This document shows positions 1-9,959 of a stretch of DNA of 46,932 nt, piece by piece. The position numbers and the translations under genes were made by a program. Numbering within the stretch: the stretch's first letter is position 1; every line of letters begins with the position of its first letter. The notes below the pieces were generated by a model. It had not been told where the DNA came from and did not search any database. It saw nothing but the letters and a program-made list of their open reading frames with translations. This DNA is from Nemertoderma westbladi (lineage: Eukaryota > Animalia > Xenacoelomorpha). Where the stretch lies: positions 1-46,932 of the forward strand of contig JAUCBJ010006164.1 of NCBI GenBank assembly GCA_032718475.1. The letters are read 5' to 3'.

Positions 1-1104
1 CTCAATGGGATCCCTGATGCGATTTAATAGAATGTCAAAATTTAAAATAATTATTTCTATAATGCCTTTTATAAGTGTAATTACTTTGTAATTAACGATT
101 ACTGTAATTAACGAAACAGTAATTAATTTTTTTTCTTTAATTTTTAATTAATTATCCACAATAATTAATAATTAATTTATAATTAATAATTAATATATAA
201 TTTTTATATAAGATAATATTTATGTATTTTTTGGCTTTTTACTGGATAATGTGAAAGCGGCCTTAGAAAGATATTTTGCTTCCGGGTAAATTAATGAAAT
301 CAATTAATTAATTAGTTTCTGAGTCGAGTTTTATTTTGTTAAAACGCGGATTCAACTCGGACCGTTTTTTAACCGGATTAGTATAGAAGTGTAAACCGCG
401 GATTTATATATTTTATGAATAAGTGTTTCCAGTTTTATAGATTTCCTCGTGATCCGGGAAGGGGCTGTTAAGCCGGATCCACAATTTACCTGAGTCCGCG
501 TTTTACACTCCTTATTACTGCGGATCCAGTAACACTTGTTAAATTATCTTGAATCCGCGTTTTACACTCGGTAACTCTATCCCGTTGTATTCCACAGTAA
601 AGCAATCTGATTGGCTGATAGAAATTCCTCGGATTGTATTTGATTTTTAGAATTTTGTAGCTTCAATAATTATTGTTCTTGTGTATCATTTATTGCCATA
701 TATTTTTATATTTGTTTCCTTTCTGATGAAAATTATCGCTGTATAATAATAATAGAATTAATTATGTAGGTAGACCAAAGTGTATATTAACATAATGTTT
801 ACTATCAATCAAGTCCTTCATTTTTTATTATGTTAATAAATAGAGTTTTCTAATTGAACCCAAGGTTATGGAATAAATCATTCTTGAGCAACAAACGTCC
901 CGTTGTGAGAGGGACTCCAGCAACAAGTTGCGGAAACAAGTCGCTCAGTGAGGGGGGGGGGGGGGGGGGGGGGGCTAACTGTTAATAGACAATTAAAATA
1001 AAATAAAATAATTATTACTAAAAGTTTTTTTGTCTTGCTGAATGTCCTATGGCCATCTTACTTGAGAGCAGGTACTTCCAGATTCCAGCATTGACAACCA
1101 ATCA

Positions 1105-1421
1105 CAGGCCCGTAGTCAGGGGGGTTCGTTGGTTCGAACGAACCGCCCTTTTGAGAAAAGTGCCCTTTTCTAAGAACACATGTTTGCGAAATGTGCCCTT
1201 TTTATACTCACCTTTTTGAGAAATATTCTCCTTTTCATTATATTCACCTATTCGTAAAAGTGCCGAAAAAGGTACCCCCTCAACCCCGCCCTATGCCTAC
1301 CTTAATTAATATGCTCTGGCTAAACCAATGGATATTTGTCATTATTTAAACAAATTAAAAAAGTGCCCTTTTTTGAAAAAACAGGTAAAAAGACAGGTCT
1401 AAAACCCTGGCTACGGGCCTG
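1105..1421. mobile_element. MITE (non-autonomous DNA transposon, CAG...CTG termini, hAT-like)
   Basis: 17-bp TIR CAGGCCCGTAGTCAGGG / CCCTGGCTACGGGCCTG with 1 mismatch; AATCA directly flanks both ends (1100-1104, 1422-1426). Confidence 0.75.
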
Positions 1422-1583
1422 AATCAGACGTACACTGTGTAGTGTAAGTGTTACAAACTCGCTGCAAACATCTATTAGCTTGTATATCCCTCGTTTATTT
1501 ATATATATGAAGTCTAATTATGGTGCAATTTAACAAATTAACATGTTTGTCATCTACTGTGTCTAGTTCTTAATAATATCTGT

Positions 1584-2275
1584 GTCAAAATCACTAAAAG
1601 TGGGATTATCGTAAAAAAAAATTTCTTTCAAAACCTATAAACATATTATATTGTATCATTCGAAAACTCTTTTTAAGGAGAATTCGATGAGCACGGTGGG
1701 CAGCTATTAAAGTTAAAGTACTTCACTAATTATATTTGTATTTTAAGTTAAGTCCCCCCTGTTAAGCCATTTTCGTATAGTAATAGTATAGAGCATTACA
1801 GGGGGTTATATATTTTATAAGGAGAGTATAGAGCATTACAGGGGGGTGGGGGGGGGGGGGCATTACAGGGGGGACATTCTGCTTGTTTTTATCTCTTAAT
1901 TCAATATACTTCTACATATTTTATAATGTTTGGGCAATTTGAAAAGCCCGCGAAATGAGACCTGCAGAATTTTAAGCTCTTTCAAATGGTATATAGATAT
2001 AAACATATTATCTGGTTCATTAACATTATAAAATTTAAATGCTTTTAACTTATGATTTGAGTGTCTAAAATGAAAAATCTATGTTTTTTCGAATTCGCGC
2101 AGATATTCTGAAAACTTAATACAAGGTAGCGTTGCAAAAAATGGTGTTCTATAACACCAAAACAATGCCGGTCATTTATTGTAAATTATAAATTATTGGT
2201 AATGATTGAGGAAGTCAAAAGTTACCGCGTGTCTAATGTTTTTGTTTAGTTTGGGCCACTTTTAGTGATTTTGAC
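1584..2275. mobile_element. MITE / non-autonomous TIR element
   Basis: Perfect 20-bp inverted repeat GTCAAAATCACTAAAAGTGG (1584-1603) / CCACTTTTAGTGATTTTGAC (2256-2275); non-coding interior. Exact termini uncertain. Confidence 0.7.
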
Positions 2276-2416
2276 CAATATTATTTATTATTCAATAAAA
2301 TTGTAGCTACAAACAATAGCTGTAACTACTAAATGCCCCGAAAAAATAATTAGCTAATATTTATCAAATTTTTATAATAAAAATAATTATTGTGGGTCGT
2401 TTGTTTTTATAACTAT

Positions 2417-3091
2417 TTACATCATTGTTTGCAAAGTAGCACTTTGCAGCGTTATGCCCCGAGTTTATTTATGTACCGAGCGAGCGCAGCGAGGGGAGTT
2501 TACATAAATTAACAAGGGTCTTTAACGCTGAAAAGTGACCTTTTCAAGCAATAATGTATGTAATTTTGTTTCACTATGTCAACTTATCAGCGTTCGGTAT
2601 GTGAAGAAAGGATTTTATGGATACTCATTTATACATTTTATTCATTTACAATATATCGAATATAAGTGAAATTCTTAACAGGTACACAGTATTAATTATA
2701 CATTTAAATCTAATTAAAAGTGCATGTCTCCTGCATGGATGTGAAAAATCATTAATCCATCTTGACTATAGTCGACTGAAGCAAATTGAGTCACTGTCTG
2801 TGTCTATTCAATTTTAAATAAAACTGTCGCCATTTTCTTTGGTCATTTTTGTGTCTTCTAATAGTCGTATCAATGGATTACAGTACACGTTAAACAATTA
2901 TTTACGTACAGTAGCTAGTCCCGTCACTGCAAACTGGATAATAAAACAGCCCACATTAACATAAATGGAAATAATACATTCTGGAATACGGAAATTGAAG
3001 TTTTGTCATGTCATGTCATGTCAGTATGTCATTGATTACTTTGCAGCGTTACGAGTAATTCACCTGAACGCTGTTAAGTTGACATAATGTA
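2417..3091. mobile_element. Non-autonomous element, Crypton-like architecture
   Basis: Short terminal IR (TTACAT / ATGTAA); internal inverted pair ATGTCAACTTATCAGCGTTC (~2576) / GAACGCTGTTAAGTTGACAT (~3066); direct repeat CTTTGCAGCGTTA (~2443, ~3039); CGAGCGCAGCGAGG motif. Family is inferred. Confidence 0.4.
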
Positions 3092-3160
3092 ACAAAATTT
3101 TTTAAATCCTGAAACTTGATATGAAGAGCATTTAAAGAATAACTAAGCAGTAAATATCAT

Positions 3161-3358
3161 CAATATATTGCATTTATTATAACTACAATATATTGTATTT
3201 ATTATAACTACAATATATTGCATTTATTATAACTACAATATATTGTATTTATTATAACTACATTATATTGTATTTATTATAACTACAATAATTTGTATTT
3301 ATTATAACTACAATATATTGTATTTATTATAACTACATTATATTGTATTTATTATTAC
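3161..3358. repeat. 25-bp tandem minisatellite, about 8 copies
   Basis: Unit CAATATATTG(C/T)ATTTATTATAACTA repeated head to tail. Confidence 0.95.
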
Positions 3359-3657
3359 TAAAACAGTCAATTTTGGAACTACAGTATTTATAATTTATTG
3401 TTGCTAATTAGATGTTATGTAACACGTTTACATACAACTGTAATAATATATTATTTTATATATCGTCCATCTTTCTAATTTGTATTATTAGACATTCTGT
3501 TGTCATATACCGGTAATTGTCATATTTTCTAATTTATATGGGAATTCTATATAATGAAAAAAAAACATTAATGGTTTCCGCCGTAATTTGAATGCACAGG
3601 TCAGCTGTGTTCACTCTCTTACAACTAGTATCATCTACTTCAGTGTCGTTAGGAATT

Positions 3658-4478
3658 CAGTGGCGTAGCCAATATGGGGGGGGGGGGGGGGGGGAGAGAT
3701 TCAGGGATTGATCCTGCCCCCCTTATTGACAAGAAAACCTGAACACAATATACGAATCATGAAAAAAAATTGCAATGGATTTCGCGTGCCTCTGGCACGA
3801 TAAGCTCCTAAAATGGCTTTGTATCTCTAAAAAGTTCCAAAAGTGCTAATACACTTTCCTTATTGTTTTGGTTTCTCGGTGACAAGTCTGACTTGAAAAT
3901 AGCTCGCAATAATACACGGTCCTCCAATGACTTGTTATTTACGGACATCCACAACCTTTTCAACATAGTACTAAAACACAGTGATTTCTGTTCTTTCCAG
4001 ATGTTATATGGCTTACTTCTGGTATAAAAATAGTGTACTTACGTAACACCATTGAAAAACTTCCGGGAAGAGGGAAAAAAAGAAACCGGGTAAGGGGTGC
4101 TTTGGGTCCGTTAGGCTCAAAAGTACAGCCTCGTAAAATAATAAGACTATAATAATAATAAGATAAAAATAGGACATAAAATACAGTGTTTTAGTCGTTT
4201 CGTTATGCTAAAATACTCTGATAAAAGGTTCAATTAATAGAAACACAGTCTAAAATGATATCGTTATAAACTTGGTGCAGCTTCACGCTATTGGGACTTG
4301 GCAATAGTGCAAAACACCAGGTTACCGTCTGAGTCCAAACGGGGGTGGGACCGATTGGATACAAACGTTTTTTGTCCTACGACTTAGAGGATTAACCGAG
4401 GTCGCATCTGCGCAAGCACTAGAGTCAAAAGTGCAAAACACCAGGTTACCGTCTCCCAGAATCCTGGCTACGCCACTG
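3658..4478. mobile_element. hAT-like non-autonomous element with nested insertions
   Basis: Perfect 14-bp TIR CAGTGGCGTAGCCA / TGGCTACGCCACTG. No TSD recognisable, so the two ends could come from different copies. Confidence 0.5.
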
Positions 4479-4489
4479 GAGTAAACACG

Positions 4490-4586
4490 CCACCGAGGTT
4501 TGAACAACCGCTATATGTATGTTACCGCCTAACAGGCCTCATCAGTAGCGCTCGAAACGTACGTATAGTGCTGGTTCAACCCCCGG
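4490..4586. ncRNA. Degenerate Penelope-type minimal hammerhead ribozyme remnants in an inverted pair
   Basis: Minus strand 4550-4509 reads CGCTA-CTGATGA-GGCC-TGTTA-GGCG-GTAAC-ATAC-ATA-TAGCG (helix I CGCTA/TAGCG intact). The adjacent plus-strand half-copy reads GAAAC-GTAC-GTA-TAGTG with a homologous downstream flank. Confidence 0.55.
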
Positions 4587-6354
4587 TTACGTTCTTCCTC
4601 ATTTTCTCAATTTCTGAACAAAACCCTTACATTACATCATTAACTACAGTTCCACTAACAGCTCAAGTCCAATGTATTCAATCTAATATCCAATTTAGCT
4701 AGCATACAGTACAAACAGTGTAGTAGCTTCAACAATATGGATTTTTGAGTTATACAACACTGTGTGTAGTAGAACTCACAGAGACCCATGTCGTGTGTAA
4801 TTAACACGAAGCGATTTAATGTAATGGAAAGATGGCATTCGTGACCTCTCATAAACTCACGTAACTATAGCATGAAGAATAATTATTTAATAAGGAAGAA
4901 CGTTTTCAATGCACTGAACAAAGATTAAGATCAATAATGGCTTGGTTTAACAGTATCTTACAATGAGATACTGGTATACCATCACATCTTCCTACATTGT
5001 CAGCAGCATATTATACAATAATTCCGCATACACAAGATGTACTATTAAAAGGGGCTTACTGCAATGCCAAATAAATAAAGTAGAATATTATTGTAATAAT
5101 GCTTGATTCTCTCGTTTAGTTCTATTAACCGAGAATTATCAACATTTTTCTACATTATTCAATATGTAGTTTTATTTTCAAATGTATAACATTATTCTAG
5201 TGACGTTAAACATTATTTTGGCGACGTTATTATTATGTTATTAACAATACGTGAAAAAAACAACTAAAAATATTCTAAAATAATTGATAAGTTCAGTAGT
5301 ATACCGCCTACCGGATCCTAGTAACGATGTACCATACTGTAGAATCCAGAAGTGTATACGGGGGCTCGTACAGTATCTGACAACAAATCCCAGTCCAGGG
5401 TGTCTAAACAAACAGATACTAAGTACACAAACTACTACTGGCGCGGGAACGGAGCCTGGCGTCTATTCTAATACGTGGCCGAGTCAAATGCCCGGGGCTA
5501 ACTAGACAAACAGGATGCCCGGCCTCTAACCGGTGAGGCAGATGTACAGTCTACAGATACAGACCAAACTCACGGGAAAACAATCCCCGCGCAGCGAATC
5601 CTAACTATCGCTAATGGACCTAAATACTGTAAACTTGCCGCGGTGTGATTTATATGGGTTATATACGAACTAGCGGGTCAACAAACACTAGTGAAACAAT
5701 ACTGCCGACAGGAAAGTAGCAGTCAAAAGGGGTGCCCCAAAAATACCTCTATGCCGTAAAACGAATATTAAATATCTCCTCAAATTACAGAATACTTCTC
5801 ACCGATAAGCCTATGGTAGCTAGTGGATCTCAAGACGCGCGCGTGTGTGTGTGTTACGAGTAAAACAATTTTGGTGTATCGCCGTTATACTACGTTTTAG
5901 TGATTTTAATCAAAATAAAAATACCGGGCGCTAGCTACTCGAATAAGCTAGTCGCACGCTGTAGGCGCAATACTTACAAACTGACGTCAAAAGGGCTCTC
6001 TCCTCCTTCATTCACAACTCAGCCGGGCAATTACGGTGTTAGTAACTACACCCGTGATCGGCACTAATACCAGATTCTGATTGTGAGATAAGAGAATAGG
6101 TGTTAATTTACTACCGTATGCTAGCTGATCTGGTATACAATTTATTCTAGAACTTTGTTACTGTGGTGGTTAGCAGTAAATAAATATCAGTACGTGGCAA
6201 GGGCGCGGTAGGATGTTAGTAAACCTCCCTAAGCCGAACATGTGCCGGTAGCAGAAAGCTGCCTCTTGCCTGATCAAATATTTTGGAATCAGACGGGGCA
6301 ATCAGACTGTAAGGCCTACAAAGCTAACCGGTACTGTACTGTCAGTACTGCGTA

Positions 6355-6449
6355 GTGTGAAGCTGGATCTCACTATTGGCTGTTGCAACAGAGAGGACCA
6401 GTCATTCCGCGCCAAGGCAGATTTCGTTGTTCTGCTAGCACGCACACTA
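6355..6449 (-). mobile_element. RTE LINE fragment (left part of a copy interrupted at 6449/8721)
   Basis: Aligns by eye with ~22656-22749; the continuation resumes at 8721. Confidence 0.75.
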
Positions 6450-6633
6450 CTACAACTACTACTAGGATCGGCATGCTGCATTGCAGCTGCATTTTTAAGA
6501 ATGCTGTGCCGGCTTGTCAACAAAATTGCACCGCCACAACTCCCTATCACCCATGACATTTGCTAGATCATCCGCATCTTTAAGGCCAGTGTCCTTTAAG
6601 ATGCGTCTCAAGAAAGTTATGGGCTGTCCACCA
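6450..6633 (-). mobile_element. RTE LINE 3' end with (TAG)n tail
   Basis: (CTA)n on the plus strand followed by sequence near-identical to ~24092-24275 (GGQPxTFLRRILKDTGLKDADDLANVMGDRELWR on minus). Confidence 0.8.
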
Positions 6634-6654
6634 TATTGTTGGCAAATACATTTA

Positions 6655-6870
6655 TAATACTAATATAATAATTATGGATAAATAGTCCTAATACTAATAT
6701 AATAATTATGGATAAATAGTCCTAATACTAATATAATTGTTATGGATAAATAGTCCTAATACTAATATAATTGTTATGGATAAATAGTCCTAATACTAAT
6801 ATAATTGTTATGGATAAATAGTCCTAATACTAATATAATTGTTATGGATAAATAGTCCTAATACTAATAT
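6655..6870. repeat. 34-bp tandem minisatellite, about 6 copies
   Basis: Unit AATACTAATATAAT(AA/TG)TTATGGATAAATAGTCCT. Confidence 0.95.
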
Positions 6871-6894
6871 GAAAGGAACTCAAACAAACAAATG

Positions 6895-7922
6895 TCAATA
6901 GCGTCGTCCTGCGCGGGCAAATACTGTACGAGAGTTTGTTGTCATAGGTCTTCGAAAATAAGTAAAAGCTGGTTGATTTTCTTTAATTTCATCTTCCTCA
7001 TTAACCAACTGTTTCTTAATTTTATTCAATTGTTCATTAATTTTCAGTAATTTACTTTTATTTCCCAGAACCTGTCTTAATATCTCTTCTCTATTTTCCT
7101 CGTTTTCTTCCATTTGTTTAATAAATTTCCGCATTTGATTTTTGTTTCCTAATATTTGTCTCAATATCTCTTCTTTATTTTCACCATTCTCTTCTAAATG
7201 TTTAATAATTTTCCGCAATTTATTCTTATTTCCAAGTAATTGTCTCAATATTTCCCTATTATTATCATTTTCATCATCTTCTTCACTTTCCTGACCTTCA
7301 CTTTCTACGTCGTCTTCCTGACCTTCACTTTCTTCGTCGTCTTCCTGACCTTCACTTTCTTCGTCCTCTTCATGACCTTCACTTTCTTCATCCTCTTTCT
7401 GACCTTCACTTTCGTCATCCCATCCTCTTCCTGTTCTTCACTTTCTTCATTCTCTTCCTGACCTTCGCTTTCTTCATTCTCTTCCTGACCTTCGCTTTCT
7501 TCACGCCCTTCCTGACCTTCACTTTCTTCGTCATCTTTCTGATCTTCACTTTCTTCGTTCCCAACTTCACTCTCTTCAACTTCATCTTGACCCTCACTAT
7601 TTTCATTCTCCATCTCATCGTCCTCTTCTTCTTCATCTTCCTCACTCAAATTCTCATCATTTTCTAGGGGTAACTGTTTTTGTATCCCTTTCAAAATATT
7701 CATAACTTTATGAAATTTATTTTCCATTGTCTGTTTTATCTTTAAAATATCACGCTCAACTCTCTTTTTCTTTTCATCTTCACTAAAAATATCTTCGGAT
7801 TTTTTAAATTTCTTTGGTAATGGATCCATTGGTTTATCCTTTCTATGTCTTTCCATATGACGAGATAGATTATCTTGTCTCATTTCTTTATTACAAACCA
7901 AACATCTTTCATCTCTATGCAT
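6895..7922 (-). pseudogene. Decayed intronless ORF: N-terminal C2H2-like zinc finger, acidic repeat tract, three 28-aa helical repeats
   Basis: ORFs 7922-7305 and 7248-6895 join into one frame if a 5-bp GGATG duplication (~7420) and an indel at ~7252 are corrected. Motifs: CLVCNKEMRQDNLSRHMERH; (EESEGQEEN)n from 27-bp repeats; LRQxLGNKNxxRKxIKxxEENxENxEEI x3. Confidence 0.6.
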
Positions 7923-8720
7923 TATATAGCAATGTCAATTGATATTATGAATTTTCGCTGAATGATTTTACAAAATTTTAAATAAATAAAACTTTTATGA
8001 AAATAAATAAAACTTTTAAAAATAAAAATTAGAGAATGAATGGGAATGCGGTGACTGGGGGCTATTATAGAGGGAGGTTAGAATGGAGTTGTGAAAGAAG
8101 AATAATCTATTGCAAGAGCAGATGTTTATTATAATTTCTCGGACGAATTGATGTAATAACGAAGCTGTAGGTTTGAATAATTTAAACTCTGTGGCAGGCC
8201 CCATTCACGCGTTGACGTACAGTATAGGATTCGATGTTTGGATTAATCATACCACATCTAATAAGAGCCCGAGCAGCCGCAGATTATTGAGGGATGACTC
8301 AGGGCCAAACTGGTCCACTTTATTTTCGAGTGAGGGTAATTTATGTTTTGGGCCCCGCTCGCATGTTTATATTTAATTCTACCTTTACCTACTGTATGGC
8401 AAAAATAATACAAATGTGTTGTATATTGTAATGTACAGTGCCTATTGTATTGTACATTTCGTTTGTTATAGTACAATTTATTCATCTCGCGTCCCTATCT
8501 GATTGATTTGTGTCAAATTAAATTGCCTTTGGCAACATTATTTGATACAAATCGATTGATTAAACAATTAATTAATTGTTTAATCGACCAATTAATTAAT
8601 TGGTTGATTAATTAATGACCTACTTAACACCCAAGGTGTGAAGTGGGTCCAACTGTCGCAGAGAGTGGCATACTATTACTACTCATACCATCCATTATAT
8701 ATCCATTATACCATCCATAT

Positions 8721-9394
8721 CACGCACACTAAGTCTTACCTTGGCCACAATAAGGCGGTGATCACTGGAGAAGGGTCGAAGTGTAAATGCATTACAGTCT
8801 TGTATAGAGCTCCTGTATTTCCTACGAAACAGAATATGGTCTATCTGGGACTTGTGACCTCTGGGTCCACTAAGAGTCCATAGCTTTCCAGTTCGCTTCT
8901 TGAACTGGGTTCCAGCCGAAAACAATCCATTTCCTGAGATAAAATCCTGAAGATGGACGGAAATTCGGTTAACACTATCGCTATATACCCAGGGCGATGT
9001 AGGTGATTGATGCAGACTTGCATTAAAGTGTCCCAGGAATGTTAAGAATTCATGCTGATACACTCCATCAGTAGCTGCTTGTAGATTGTGGTAGAAATTT
9101 TCCACCTCCTCTACAGGGGCAACACTAGTTGGACAGTAGCACACAATCAGAACCACCTTAGGAAACTTCTTAGCCAGTCTTCAAGAACATGAAAAGTGGC
9201 AACGGATGATGTGGTTAGAGATTTGGTCTATTTTGTTCAATGCTGCATGAGCAGTTGGATTCATCAATAGACCAATTCCACCATTGCCACTATCATCTGC
9301 TGATGCGAGGGCGAGTCGCCAACCGCCCCCATGCCCTTAATCAGAACCTCATCAGTCTGTCCAGTCTGCATTCGGTGCTCTTGAACACCCACTG
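8721..9394 (-). mobile_element. RTE LINE fragment, APE endonuclease region (degenerate)
   Basis: Minus-strand translation has VQEHR, VGIGLLM, IVCYCPT, LGHFNA (GDFNA), SQIDHIL, SDHRLIVAKVRL; paralogous to 22750-23413. Confidence 0.85.
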
Positions 9395-9959
9395 CGCTAA
9401 AAGAAAGCTTTATCTGCCAAGGCAGTCAGCTCACAGGCAGTTTTGAAAGAAAGGTAGATAATAACAACTATGATGGGAAGCAGCACTACAAGACAACTCT
9501 TCAGGAGCCGAGTTGGGATGATATGGTTAGTTGACTTGTTTTACATTCGAGCCATTAATGAGGTGCTTAACCTCTTCCTATGACACTTCGGGAAATTCTC
9601 GAAGTACATTTTCAGATTCGAGCTCCGAGTTTCCGAATCCGTGTTTCGAATCGAATCCGAGTCTCCAGCAAGTTCGGAATTGGACTCTGAGTCACCAGAC
9701 AATTTTGAATCCAGTTTTGAGTCTAGAACTGGTTTGGAATCAAACTTGCCCCATGATAGATATTTACGATCATATTTACCCAATGTGGGATTCTCTAACT
9801 CAATTTCATCACGATATTGTATTAATTTAGATTCAAGTAATCTGCCAATCCATTAGCGATGATGTCTTCTGAATCATGTTCAGGCAGTCTATGGCCTTTT
9901 TTACAATGCGATACGGTTTTCACAATTTTAAATAATTAAAAGCAATGTACAGTAGCATT

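Noticed and set aside
260-590. Dispersed TCCGCGTTTTACACTC-type direct and inverted motifs
   Set aside because: Probably subterminal repeats of a transposon cut by the window edge; the element cannot be delimited.
951-974. Long G/C homopolymers (also ~1850, ~3676, ~25553, ~25922, ~27971, ~44112) as functional G-quadruplexes
   Set aside because: Mostly inside repeats and length-unstable; no evidence of function.
5290-6300. GC-richer block possibly from an LTR element
   Set aside because: No paired LTRs, PBS or coding motifs could be pinned down.
7240-7645. Hydrophobic (plus) and Lys/Met-rich (minus) ORFs
   Set aside because: Alternative-frame and antisense readings of the 27-bp acidic repeat.
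9541-9856. Ser/Asp/Glu-rich ORFs on both strands upstream of the RTE
   Set aside because: No recognisable domain, no clear start or splice context; could be a gene remnant but is unsupported.
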